Positions 18,806 to 30,403 of a stretch of 64,000 nucleotides of DNA are shown piece after piece. Positions within the stretch are counted from its first letter, which is position 1; every line of letters begins with the position of its first letter. The translations under genes were made by a program, and so were the position numbers. Under the pieces are notes generated by a model. It saw nothing but the letters and a program-made list of their open reading frames with translations, did no database searches and was not told the origin of the DNA. Source of the stretch: Gemmatimonadales bacterium (GTDB taxonomy: Bacteria > Gemmatimonadota > Gemmatimonadetes > Gemmatimonadales > GWC2-71-9); contig OZ252244.1 in the NCBI GenBank assembly GCA_965249575.1, forward strand, positions 800,001-864,000, given 5' to 3'.

Positions 18806-20281
18806 TCAAGTCCGGGCCCAATGTAGGGCCGCGCCGACCGCTCGGCGCCATTCCGCATACCCTGCCTCCCGCTCGCCAGCAGGCTCGAAGTCGGCGTATC
18901 GCCGGGTCGCTAGAAAGCTGCTTGGCTCGTCCCAGACCCCAGCCGCCAGGCCCGCCAAGCCTGCCGCCCCGAGGGCGGTGGTCTCAACCACGTCCGGCCG
19001 GGTAACTCGAACCCCCAGCACGTCGGCCTGAAACTGCATGAGCCAGTCGTTGGCGGCCGCGCCGCCATCAGCCTTCACCTCTGCCAGAGATACGCCTGAT
19101 GCGGCCGACATGGCATCGGCTACCTCCTTGGCGCTGAAGGCCATCGCCTCGAGCGCAGCCCGAACCAGGTGATGCTTATCCGTGCCTCGGGTGAGCCCGA
19201 CGATCGTCCCGCGGGCCTGTGCCTCCCAGTGCGGTGCACCGAGCCCTACGAAGGCGGGCACGAAGTAGACACCACCCGTGTCAGCAACGGCTCGCGCAAT
19301 CCCCTCCGTCTCCGAGGCGTGGGTGATGATTCCCAGACCGTCACGGAGCCACTGCACTGCCGCTCCAGCGATGAAGATCGCGCCCTCGAGGGCGTAGGCC
19401 GGCCCTCCGGTCGCGTCGCACGCGACGGTGGTCAGGATTCCGGACTGCGATGTCAATGTGCCGGGGTCTTTGCCGACGTTGAGCAGTAGAAACGCCCCGG
19501 TTCCGTAGGTGCACTTCGCCAAGCCCGGCGTCCAGCACCCTTGCCCATAGAGTGCCGCCTGCTGATCGCCCGCGATGCCGGCAATCGGCATCTCGCTGCC
19601 GAGGTGCTTTCCGTCGGCAAGCCCGACGATCTCGGACGAGCGCCGAACCTCGGGGAGCGACCACCTCGGGACACCGAACAGTCCGAGCAGCTCGTCGTCC
19701 CAGCCCATGCGGTGGATGTTGTACAGGAGCGTGCGGGAGGCGTTCGTGTGGTCGGTGACGAACGACCCTCCGGACGTCAGGCGGTACGCGAGCCACGAAT
19801 CGATCGTACCGAAAACCGCCTCACCATCCTCAGCTCGGGCACGGAGGTCGGGAACCGAGTCGAGGAGCCATTCGATCTTCGTCGCCGAGAAATACGGGTC
19901 CCACACGAGACCCGTCCGGCTCCTGACGTATTCGGCGCCGAGTTCCTTCGCGAGCGCGTCGCAGCGATCTGTCGTGCGGCGGTCCTGCCACACGATCGCT
20001 CGATGGAGGGGTTCGCCAGTCTTGCGGTTCCACACGACGACGGTTTCGCGCTGATTCGTAATCCCGATCGCGGAGGGCACCTCCTCTGACCGCGAGAGGG
20101 CCTCCCGTGCCGCCGCGATCGTCACCTGCCAGATTTGCTCGGGGTCGTGCTCGACCCACCCTGGCTGCGGGAAGTGCTGAGTGAACTCCTGGTAGCCGCG
20201 ACCCAGTAACGAGCCGTCCTGACCCACCAATAACGCGGTCGATCCGGTGGTTCCCTGGTCGAGTGCCAGCACGCTGCTCAC
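18806..20281 (-). CDS. glpK: Glycerol kinase
   Basis: DQGTTG, GITNQRET, GDQQAAL, YGTG motifs. Confidence 0.97.
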   Translation of the reverse strand: MSSVLALDQGTTGSTALLVGQDGSLLGRGYQEFTQHFPQPGWVEHDPEQIWQVTIAAAREALSRSEEVPSAIGITNQRETVVVWNRKTGEPLHRAIVWQDRRTTDRCDALAKELGAEYVRSRTGLVWDPYFSATKIEWLLDSVPDLRARAEDGEAVFGTIDSWLAYRLTSGGSFVTDHTNASRTLLYNIHRMGWDDELLGLFGVPRWSLPEVRRSSEIVGLADGKHLGSEMPIAGIAGDQQAALYGQGCWTPGLAKCTYGTGAFLLLNVGKDPGTLTSQSGILTTVACDATGGPAYALEGAIFIAGAAVQWLRDGLGIITHASETEGIARAVADTGGVYFVPAFVGLGAPHWEAQARGTIVGLTRGTDKHHLVRAALEAMAFSAKEVADAMSAASGVSLAEVKADGGAAANDWLMQFQADVLGVRVTRPDVVETTALGAAGLAGLAAGVWDEPSSFLATRRYADFEPAGEREAGYAEWRRAVGAALHWART

Positions 20282-20357
20282 AACGACTCCGGAAGGGACG
20301 ACGGACGCTGCGAGGCGGGCTCGACCACGCCACCCATCGGTCGGCTCTGCAGACCCG

Positions 20358-21401
20358 TCAGTCCCATAGTCTCCGTAACGCCTCGTCGAAGGGGGGAACG
20401 ACTACCCCACGATCCGTGAGGAATGCGCTGATCAAACTACCTGGCGTTACATCGAAGGCGGGATTGAATGCCTCCGCCCCCTTTGCCGCCGGTATCTCCG
20501 CCGGGTCGCGCACCTCGATGGGGATCGACTCGCCGGATGGACTCTCGAGGTCGACGGTGCTGTGAGGGGCCGCAACGTAGAAAGGAATGCCGTGGGCCCT
20601 TGCGGCGACGGCCAGCGAGTACGTTCCGATTTTGTTGGCCGTGTCTCCATTGGCCGCTATTCGGTCCGCCCCCACGATCACCAGGTCCACATCCCCCCGC
20701 GACATCACGAACGCAGCGGCGCTATCCACCACGACCCGGCAGGAGATCCCGGCCTCGTGTAGCTCCCAGGCCGTCAACCGGCTCCCCTGATTGAGGGGTC
20801 GCGCCTCGCACGCCACGACTTGAACGTCTTTGCCCCGGTCGCGAGCCGCGTATACCGCCCCGAGCGCAGTCCCGATACCACCCGTGGCCAGCCGACCCGC
20901 GTTGCAGTGGGTCAATACGGTCGCACCGTGCGTAATGCGGGACGCGCCCGACTCGCCAATGGCCTGGCACATGGCCGCGTCTTCATCCCAGATGTGCTGG
21001 GCCTCGGCCCGGACCGCCCGGACCACACCCTCGGGTTCAGCCCCCTCGGCAACGGCTCGGGCCGCAATACGCCGCACCCGCTCGACCGCCCAGCGGAGAT
21101 TCACCGCCGTCGGTCGGGCCCCGGCAATACGCTCGGCGGTTTCATCGAACCATTCGCCCGTCAGCGGATTGTCACGGCCACCGCTCACCGCCACGCGCCG
21201 CTCCCGCTCGGCAGCGGCGGCGATGCCCATCGCCGCCGCGATGCCGATGAGGGGCGCACCACGGACTCGAAGAGACTGGATAGCCTCAACCATCCCCTCC
21301 ACCGTGTCGATGTCCACGTGGGTTACTTCGCCCGGAAGACGAGTTTGATCGAGGAGCCGCACTCCCCCGGCATCAGTCCACCCGATGGTTTCCGACTGCA
21401 T
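20358..21401 (-). CDS. mtnA: S-methyl-5-thioribose-1-phosphate isomerase
   Basis: VRGAP, RPTAVNL, THCNAG.LAT, NKIGTY. Confidence 0.95.
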   Translation of the reverse strand: MQSETIGWTDAGGVRLLDQTRLPGEVTHVDIDTVEGMVEAIQSLRVRGAPLIGIAAAMGIAAAAERERRVAVSGGRDNPLTGEWFDETAERIAGARPTAVNLRWAVERVRRIAARAVAEGAEPEGVVRAVRAEAQHIWDEDAAMCQAIGESGASRITHGATVLTHCNAGRLATGGIGTALGAVYAARDRGKDVQVVACEARPLNQGSRLTAWELHEAGISCRVVVDSAAAFVMSRGDVDLVIVGADRIAANGDTANKIGTYSLAVAARAHGIPFYVAAPHSTVDLESPSGESIPIEVRDPAEIPAAKGAEAFNPAFDVTPGSLISAFLTDRGVVVPPFDEALRRLWD

Positions 21402-21448
21402 AGCCTCGAAAACTACCGTCGATTTCCCCCGTTCGTTAGCTTGACTTC

Positions 21449-22231
21449 ATGGCTTACGAACTCCTTCTCTTCGACGTCGAACGCCGCATCGCCCGTGTAA
21501 CTTTCAACCGGCCCGAAAAGCTCAACGCCCTCAACGATGCGGTGGTCAGCGAGCTCAGCGACGCGGTCGAAGAGATCGCGACGCGCGATGACATCGGCGG
21601 CGCAATTCTCGTCGGGGCTGGGAACAAAGCGTTCGTAGCGGGTGCCGACATCAAGGAACTCGCAAGGCAGGGACCCTTCGACGGAAAGGCGCGCGCGCTC
21701 AGGGGACAATCGGTTCTCCGCCGGCTGGAAACCTGCGGAAAACCGGTCATCGCGGCGATCAACGGCTTCGCGCTGGGCGGGGGATGCGAGCTCGCGATGG
21801 CCTGCCACATCCGGATCGCCAGCGAGAAGGCGAGGTTCGGCCAGCCAGAGGTCAAGCTCGGGATTGCACCCGGCTACGGGGGCACCCAACGTCTGACCCG
21901 CCTCGTGGGCAAAGGGCGGGCGCTCGAGCTCATCACGACCGGTCGCATGATCGATGCCGAGGAGGCCCTCCGCATCGGTTTGGTCACACGAGTAGTTCCA
22001 GCCGACAAGCTGTTGGCCAAAGCCAAGGAGACGCTCGAGACCATACTGGCTATGGGGCCGCGTGCTGTCGAGCTGGCAATTGAAGCCGTCGACCTCGGGC
22101 TGGACATGTCGCTCGAGGAGGGACTGTTGCTCGAGGCAAACCACTTCGGCCTCCTTGCCGCCACCAACGACATGCGAGAGGGAATGGCCGCGTTCCTGGA
22201 GAAGCGCGAGGCGAAGTTCACTGGGAAGTAG
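21449..22231 (+). CDS. Enoyl-CoA hydratase (crotonase family)
   Basis: FVAGADI, ALGGGCELAMAC, FGQPEV. Confidence 0.93.
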   Translation: MAYELLLFDVERRIARVTFNRPEKLNALNDAVVSELSDAVEEIATRDDIGGAILVGAGNKAFVAGADIKELARQGPFDGKARALRGQSVLRRLETCGKPVIAAINGFALGGGCELAMACHIRIASEKARFGQPEVKLGIAPGYGGTQRLTRLVGKGRALELITTGRMIDAEEALRIGLVTRVVPADKLLAKAKETLETILAMGPRAVELAIEAVDLGLDMSLEEGLLLEANHFGLLAATNDMREGMAAFLEKREAKFTGK

Positions 22232-22244
22232 GGCGGAGGCGCCG

Positions 22245-22709
22245 GTGCAGTCGTTCTTGGTCGAAGCGGGCTTCGCGCGCGTTGCGGTGACGACCAAGGG
22301 ACCAACGGTGACGGGCATCGAGCTCCGTCCGGCAGGAGGACGGGAGGCGGCGACACCGTTCGAGCGTCTCGTCGAGCGTGAGCTCCAGGAGTACGGCGCT
22401 GGATCCAGATTCCACTTCACGTTCCCGCTCTCCCCGAGCGGGACCGCGTTCCAGATGTCGGTGTGGGACCGGCTGCTCGCGATTCCCTACGGGGAGACGC
22501 GCACGTACGGAGAGGTCGCACGAGAGTTGCAGAAGCCGGGCGCTGCACGAGCGGTGGGCGCCGCCAACCACGCCAACCCCATTCCAATCGTGATCCCGTG
22601 CCACCGCGTGGTGGCCACCGGAGGTGGACTGGGCGGATACGGAGGTGGCGTGGCGCTCAAGCACCGGCTGCTCGCACTGGAGGCCGCTGCACGACCCGCA
22701 TTGCGGTAG
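22245..22709 (+). CDS. ogt: Methylated-DNA--protein-cysteine methyltransferase
   Basis: IPYGET.TYG, ARAVG, PCHRV; GGAGG SD before GTG. Confidence 0.92.
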   Translation: MQSFLVEAGFARVAVTTKGPTVTGIELRPAGGREAATPFERLVERELQEYGAGSRFHFTFPLSPSGTAFQMSVWDRLLAIPYGETRTYGEVARELQKPGAARAVGAANHANPIPIVIPCHRVVATGGGLGGYGGGVALKHRLLALEAAARPALR

Positions 22710-22855
22710 ATGCCTCTGTCGTCGCCGGGCGCAGACGAAATGCGTGCGTATTGGCTGCGTTTTCGGTCACCGAGCGCGAGGCTGCCAAGTTGACCGAGCA
22801 CCGGGAATCTGGTATTTTTCGGTGTGCAAAGCGTCGAGCGCGGCGAAGCCGCGGT

Positions 22856-22886
22856 GCGCCGGGCGGCGTTCCGTGGCGTTTTTTTT
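22856..22886 (+). terminator. Possible weak terminator upstream of recF
   Basis: Imperfect GC stem followed by T8. Confidence 0.3.
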
Positions 22887-22988
22887 GGATCAGGCACGGA
22901 GGACGGGGATATCCCGACCGCAGGGTCGGATGTCCCGTCCGAAGCGCCCGATACCGCTCCCACCAACACGAGGTCGCCACTCTCCAGC

Positions 22989-24059
22989 GTGCAGGTAGCG
23001 GAACTCAACATCCGTAACTTTCGCAATCTCGCACAGCTCGATCTGGCAGTGCCATCCACTGGGATGGTCATCGTGGGAGACAACGGGCATGGGAAGACGA
23101 ACCTGCTCGAGGCGATCTACTACTTGGTGTTGTTTCGTTCCATTCGGGGAGTGAGTGATTCCGAACTCGTGTGTTTCGGGGAGCGTGGGTTTTTCGTGGG
23201 GGCCGACGGCAGGGTCAGGGTAACTGCGGGCTACGAGCTGGGACAGCGGCGAAAGAAAGTGACCGTCGACGGGCAGGAGATACGGAAGTTGGGGGAGGCG
23301 GTTGGCGCACTCACCGCGGTGTCGTTCTCGCCCGCGGACCGGGTGATCGTTGCTGGAGGTCCCGGGGGAAGGCGGCGCTATCTCGACGTCCTCCTGTCGC
23401 TGAGCGTACCTGGGTATCTGGCGAGTCTATCTCGCATGCGCGCCGCGTTGAAACAGCGCAACGCGGCGCTTCGCCGGGGGGAGACGGCCGCTGCCCGGGC
23501 CTTCGACGATCCATTCGTTGCGGCGGCGGAGTTTGTGGTGCTCGCCCGCACGGCTTGGGTGTCACGTTGGAGCAGCCGGTTCGGCGAGTTGTGCGGGGCG
23601 CTGGGCGAGCCCGGCGAGGTGGGCGTGCGGTATCACAGCCAGTCACACGCTGATCCGCACGACGGAACGGGGTTACGTGCCCTGCTCGATCTCGCCTTGG
23701 AAAGGGACACGAGAAGGGGAGCCACAACGGTGGGGCCTCATCGTCATGACCTGGAGATCACCCTGGACGGGCGCCATCTTCGATCCTACGGCTCCGCCGG
23801 CCAACAACGCACCGCGGCCATCGCACTCAGGTTGCTGGAGGCCGAGACCCTCGCGACGGCGACGAATCGGATCCCCATCGCACTGTACGACGACGTGTTT
23901 GCAGAGCTGGACGACGGCCGGCAGGCGCGGTTGGTCGAGTTGATCGGGGAAACGCTTCCGGGACAAACGGTCGTCACGGCACCTCGGGAATCAGAAGTGC
24001 CTACCGCGCTCCTTCAACGGCCGCGGTGGCGGATACGGGCGGGAACCATTGTCCGATAA
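22989..24059 (+). CDS. recF: DNA replication/repair protein RecF
   Basis: NFRNL, GDNGHGKTNLLEAI, GPHRHDL, SAGQQR, DDVFAELD. Confidence 0.95.
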   Translation: MQVAELNIRNFRNLAQLDLAVPSTGMVIVGDNGHGKTNLLEAIYYLVLFRSIRGVSDSELVCFGERGFFVGADGRVRVTAGYELGQRRKKVTVDGQEIRKLGEAVGALTAVSFSPADRVIVAGGPGGRRRYLDVLLSLSVPGYLASLSRMRAALKQRNAALRRGETAAARAFDDPFVAAAEFVVLARTAWVSRWSSRFGELCGALGEPGEVGVRYHSQSHADPHDGTGLRALLDLALERDTRRGATTVGPHRHDLEITLDGRHLRSYGSAGQQRTAAIALRLLEAETLATATNRIPIALYDDVFAELDDGRQARLVELIGETLPGQTVVTAPRESEVPTALLQRPRWRIRAGTIVR

Positions 24060-24342
24060 GCCCGCCGCCCGTGTGGGCGACGCCATCGCCGGATACCTGG
24101 CTCGCTCCGGACTGAAGCAGCGTGTCGATCAGGCCAGCGTGGTCGCCGAGTGGCCAGAGCTCGTCGGTCCACAAGTCGCGCGCGTGACGATTCCCGATGC
24201 CGTGACCGGGGACGGCACCCTCTTCGTACGAGTGCGCTCGACGGCCTGGATGCAGGAGTTGCAATTGCTATCGCCCACCGTTTTGGCCCAGCTCGCGAAG
24301 CGCGGGAAGCGGATCCGGCGGATCATCTGGCGTGCGGACTAG
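24049..24342 (+). CDS. DUF721/DciA family protein
   Basis: W.ELVGP.VA, L.V.V.S.AW.QEL; between recF and gyrB. Confidence 0.85.
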   Translation: MSDKPAARVGDAIAGYLARSGLKQRVDQASVVAEWPELVGPQVARVTIPDAVTGDGTLFVRVRSTAWMQELQLLSPTVLAQLAKRGKRIRRIIWRAD

Positions 24343-24360
24343 GACACCGGAACGATCTGA

Positions 24361-26337
<1,977 letters not shown>

Positions 26338-26369
26338 CCACCGGACACCCTCGATGCTAGGAGCGCAGG

Positions 26370-28058
26370 GTGGCTGAGCGCGTTTGGCACAAACACTACG
26401 ATTCCGGCGTGCCGGCCGAAATCGACTTCGACGATCGGACAGTCGTCGACTACTTCCAAGACGCGGTCGCCTCCTGCGAAGACCGCACCGCGCTGATCTT
26501 CATCAACGGACGTCTCAGCTACTGGGAGCTCAAGGACGAGGTCGACCGGCTGGCTACCGCCCTCGCATCCATGGGAGTCGGGCGCGGCAGCCGCGTCGCC
26601 ATCCAGCTTCCGAACTTGCCGCAGACGGTGATCGGATACTACGCCGTCCTCCGGCTGGGGGCCCACGCGGTTCCCACCAACCCGCTGTACGTGGGGGGGG
26701 AAATCGAGCATCAATGGAACGATGCCAGGTGCAAGGCGGCCATCGTCGCTGATTTCCTCTTCGAGAGCCGAGTGAAAGCCATCCGCGACAAGGTGCCGGT
26801 GGAGAACTACATCGTCGCCTCCGTTCCGGAGTATCTGCGATTCCCCTTGAACCTTCTCGCGCCCATCAAGCTCCGGCGGGCCCGCCCGCCTATGATTGCT
26901 CGGGTCGAGCCAGGCCCCGGGATTTCGTTCTTCCGAAGGCTCGTTCGTGAAACACCTCCAACCCCTCCAACGGTCGAGCTCGACTTGGACGATGCCGCGG
27001 TCCTGCTATACACGGGCGGCACCACCGGCGTCTCTAAAGGCGCCATGCTCTCGCACCGGAACATCTCAAGCAATGTGCAACAGCTTCGAGCCTGGTTTCC
27101 CCAGCTCGAGCATGGCACTGAGGTTCAACTGGCAGCGCTTCCCTTCTTTCATTCATTTGGTATGACGGTAGCGATGAACTTCCCGATCTCCATAGGCGCG
27201 ACCCTCGTGCTCATCCCGAACCCCCGGGACATTGGCAACGTCGTCCGAAGCATGGAGAAGCACCACGCGACCCTCGCACCGGCCGTGCCGGCGATGTTCA
27301 ACGCCATCAATCAGCACCCCGGGATCGACAAAGTGGATTTGAGCAGTATTAAGATCTGCAACTCGGGTTCGGCGCCTTTACCGGTGCAGGTCCTGGAGCG
27401 GTTCGAGGAGCTCACAGGCGGGAAGATCGTCGAGGGATACGGCCTTACGGAGACCTCTCCCGTGGCCCATTGCAATCCCCTTGCAGGATTGCGAAAGGTC
27501 GGCAGCATCGGCGTCCCCCTTCCGAACACGGACGCCAAGATCGTGGATGTAGAAGACGGTACGAGCGAAATGCCGGTCGGTCAGGAAGGGGAGCTGATCC
27601 TGCGAGGGCCACAGGTCATGCAGGGATACGCCAACATGCCGGAGGAAACCGCGAACGCACTGCGCGACGGTTGGCTGTACACCGGCGACCTCGCGACGAC
27701 GGACGAAGACGGCTACTTCAGGATCGTCGGCCGCAAGAAGGACATGATCGTCGTGAGCGGGTTCAAGGTCTTCCCCGATGAGGTCGACGACGCCCTCATG
27801 GGACACCCGGCGGTGCTCGAAGCCGCCACGATTGGGATCCCGGACGAAAAGCGGGGTGAGACCGTGAAGACCTTCGTGGTCTTGAAGCCGGGCGCCACCG
27901 CCACGGCCGAGGAACTCATCGCATATTCTCGAGAGAAACTCGCGGCGTACAAGATTCCCAGGGCCATCGAGTTCCGGGAGGACCTCCCGAAGAGCACCGT
28001 CCTCAAGGTCCTGAGGCGGCAGCTACGGGATGAAGAAGTCCGCCGCGCATCGGCCTAG
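26370..28058 (+). CDS. Long-chain fatty acid--CoA ligase (FadD-like)
   Basis: YTGGTTGVSKG, EGYGLTE, GWLYTGD. Confidence 0.92.
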   Translation: MAERVWHKHYDSGVPAEIDFDDRTVVDYFQDAVASCEDRTALIFINGRLSYWELKDEVDRLATALASMGVGRGSRVAIQLPNLPQTVIGYYAVLRLGAHAVPTNPLYVGGEIEHQWNDARCKAAIVADFLFESRVKAIRDKVPVENYIVASVPEYLRFPLNLLAPIKLRRARPPMIARVEPGPGISFFRRLVRETPPTPPTVELDLDDAAVLLYTGGTTGVSKGAMLSHRNISSNVQQLRAWFPQLEHGTEVQLAALPFFHSFGMTVAMNFPISIGATLVLIPNPRDIGNVVRSMEKHHATLAPAVPAMFNAINQHPGIDKVDLSSIKICNSGSAPLPVQVLERFEELTGGKIVEGYGLTETSPVAHCNPLAGLRKVGSIGVPLPNTDAKIVDVEDGTSEMPVGQEGELILRGPQVMQGYANMPEETANALRDGWLYTGDLATTDEDGYFRIVGRKKDMIVVSGFKVFPDEVDDALMGHPAVLEAATIGIPDEKRGETVKTFVVLKPGATATAEELIAYSREKLAAYKIPRAIEFREDLPKSTVLKVLRRQLRDEEVRRASA

Positions 28059-28071
28059 GCATCCGGACGCC

Positions 28072-28806
28072 GTGACCCTCTCAACGCTCGGGGTGGTTAG
28101 CCGAGCTGTGGTGTCCTGCCAGCGCTGCCCCCGCCTCCGAGCGCACTGCACCCGGGTAGCGCACCAGAAGCGGCGCCAGTTCCTCGATCAGCACTATTGG
28201 GGCAGGCCGGTCCCCTCGTTTGGCGACCCCAGGGCCAGATTCCTGATCGTGGGCCTCGCACCGGCAGCACACGGTGCCAACCGCACGGGCCGCATGTTTA
28301 CCGGGGATTCGAGCGGGGACTGGCTCTACGGGGCGCTCCATCAGTTCGGGTTCAGTAATCAAGCCCGCTCGACCAGCAGCAACGATGGGCTCCAGCTCGA
28401 GGATTGCTTCATCGCCGCAGCGGCGCGATGCGCGCCGCCCGACAACCGACCCACAGCAGCTGAATTGGCGAACTGTCGTGGCTTCCTCACCGCGGAACTC
28501 GCGTTGCTCAAAAGGGTCGTGGTCGTTCTCACGCTCGGACGGATCGGGTATGAGGCGTGGCTCAAGGCGAGCGGATGGTGGAGTACGCTGCCGGTCAGTG
28601 ACCGTCCCGCGTTCGGCCATGGGACGGAGTCCCGGCTCTCTGATGGAACGACACTGATTTGCTCGTACCACCCGAGCCGGCAGAACACCAATACCGGACG
28701 GCTCACCCGCCGCATGTGGCACGCGGTCTTTCGTCGGGCCCATTCGATCCTGGATGGTCGAGCGGCTCGGGAGAAAGGGAGCCGTGACCCGAGCGCGCGT
28801 AGGTGA
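28072..28806 (+). CDS. Uracil-DNA glycosylase family 5 (UdgB-like, Fe-S)
   Basis: CQRCPRL, GLAPAAHGANRTGRMFTGD, YHPSRQN. Confidence 0.9.
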   Translation: MTLSTLGVVSRAVVSCQRCPRLRAHCTRVAHQKRRQFLDQHYWGRPVPSFGDPRARFLIVGLAPAAHGANRTGRMFTGDSSGDWLYGALHQFGFSNQARSTSSNDGLQLEDCFIAAAARCAPPDNRPTAAELANCRGFLTAELALLKRVVVVLTLGRIGYEAWLKASGWWSTLPVSDRPAFGHGTESRLSDGTTLICSYHPSRQNTNTGRLTRRMWHAVFRRAHSILDGRAAREKGSRDPSARR

Positions 28807-28878
28807 CCAACCGCTCGAGTGGATCGGGCCGCGCATTCTGGTCGTCTTCGAGCCTCAGCCGCGGGAGGGTTTGTCCAG

Positions 28879-29460
28879 ATGTTCAGCCCAGTTCACCGAG
28901 CCGCTAGTGTTGCTGCGATTGGCCTATTCGGGTCCCTGCTCGCCAATGACGCGCATGGACAAGTGGCCGTCCACCCCTCAACCGTGGCGCCCGCCGCCTG
29001 GGAGCGATTCGCCATCCGGGTCGTCGGCCGAGAAGACGGCGCAATAATCGGGATCCGGGTCGACGTTCCCGAGGCCATCGCCGTGCTCGGGGTCGAAGGG
29101 ACGCCCGCGCGCTGGAGCGCCCAGTTGATCGAAGCCACCGATTCCACGCCGCAGGCCATCGCGTGGTCCGGCGGGCTATTGGCCTATCGGCAGTTTCGGG
29201 AGTTCGCCTTTCTAGGACGGGTGATGGGACACTCGAAACGAAACCAGCTCGTATTCCCGATTCGACTCACACTGGAAGATGGCCGCGAGGTTCCGTGGCG
29301 AGGAGGGCGGGGAGACCCACGACCGGCACCCAGAGTTCAGATAGTGGGGACTGCGCGCGTGTCGGCTGGTGGAGCACTGGCGGCGGCGGGGGTCGCTTTC
29401 GCGATCGCCCTCATCGCCCTGGCGGTGGCCGGCGGGAAGAAAAAGGGGCCGAACGGATGA
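28879..29460 (+). CDS. YcnI/DUF1775-like exported protein with C-terminal anchor
   Basis: Signal peptide, V.V.P......WE.F.IRV, QFREF.F, DG.EV.W pattern like YcnI; C-terminal TM plus KKK. Confidence 0.65.
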   Translation: MFSPVHRAASVAAIGLFGSLLANDAHGQVAVHPSTVAPAAWERFAIRVVGREDGAIIGIRVDVPEAIAVLGVEGTPARWSAQLIEATDSTPQAIAWSGGLLAYRQFREFAFLGRVMGHSKRNQLVFPIRLTLEDGREVPWRGGRGDPRPAPRVQIVGTARVSAGGALAAAGVAFAIALIALAVAGGKKKGPNG

Positions 29461-29491
29461 GTAACCGGCTCCGTGCCTCACGGAGCTTCTG

Positions 29492-30403
29492 CTAGCCCTT
29501 CGGCATCAAGGTCGTGTCGGCCGGCGCGACTTCGTCCGCAACCCAGACCCCCGTGCGATAGATGGTCTCCTCCTTCCGTTCGCGAACGAAATAGCCGGTC
29601 GACGTCGAGTCAAACACCAAATCGGTGAGCGTATCGCCCGCCGGGCCGCGGAGGACGACGCGAATGTCGGGCCGCCGAAAGTCCGCGGAATCGGCCTGCT
29701 CAGGTGTGGCGAATCCAGTTGCATTCAGCGGGTTGAACCGGTTCAGCAACCGCCTGACGGCAGCGGTATCGAGAGGACTGTCGTTCGCGAATTGCCACAC
29801 TCCATCTTTCCGCACCAGCGTGTAGCCACCCCGTCGCCTCGTGATGTCGACCTGTGCGACGTTCTCGGGAGTGATGGTTGCCATCCGGGGATCGCGCCAG
29901 TCGTCTACGCTTCGATCGAGGTACCCGGCGAGTCTCGCCGGGTGGAGAAAGACCCGATTGTCTCCGGGACGACGAACGAACGAGCTGACGTAGTCCCGTC
30001 CCCGCCCCCCGATGATGAGGTCCACCATGGTCGCTCCGCCGCCGACGATGCGGAGGAATTTCCCGGAGGCACTATCGACGCCCATACGGGAGTGAAGCTC
30101 CGGATTCTCAGCCGCGAGCGTCGGCGGCGCCTGGGTCGTCGTCGTCTTGAAGAAATCCTCGATGAGGTTCGGGGACGCCCGGAATCCGTTGACGGTCCAA
30201 CCGCCGTCGGGTGCCCTTGCCAGCCGCACCGTCCCTTCGGCGTTGGATAGTTGCACCGAATCGACGTCTGCCTGGGTGAATGTCGGCAGGACCGGATCGC
30301 CGCTGGTGTCGTCGCTTCCGCGGCTCAGCAGCTCGGAGGCACCCCACAGGAGGACCACGACCCCGAGCACGATTGCGACGTTCCGCAACTGTTTTGGACT
30401 CAT
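29492..30403 (-). CDS. DUF4340-domain protein
   Basis: N-terminal anchor, DDWRD motif; third gene of a Gld-type ABC operon. Confidence 0.7.
   Translation of the reverse strand: MSPKQLRNVAIVLGVVVLLWGASELLSRGSDDTSGDPVLPTFTQADVDSVQLSNAEGTVRLARAPDGGWTVNGFRASPNLIEDFFKTTTTQAPPTLAAENPELHSRMGVDSASGKFLRIVGGGATMVDLIIGGRGRDYVSSFVRRPGDNRVFLHPARLAGYLDRSVDDWRDPRMATITPENVAQVDITRRRGGYTLVRKDGVWQFANDSPLDTAAVRRLLNRFNPLNATGFATPEQADSADFRRPDIRVVLRGPAGDTLTDLVFDSTSTGYFVRERKEETIYRTGVWVADEVAPADTTLMPKG

Noticed and set aside
21413..22420. Long antisense or alternative-frame ORFs (also 24379..25392, 35844..37151, 39773..40798, 31514..32848)
   Set aside because: Shadow ORFs expected from high-GC codon bias over well-supported genes
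22710..22988. Possible oriC upstream of recF-dciA-gyrB, since gene orientation flips near 21.4 kb
   Set aside because: No dnaA or dnaN, no TTATCCACA-like boxes and no AT-rich unwinding element seen
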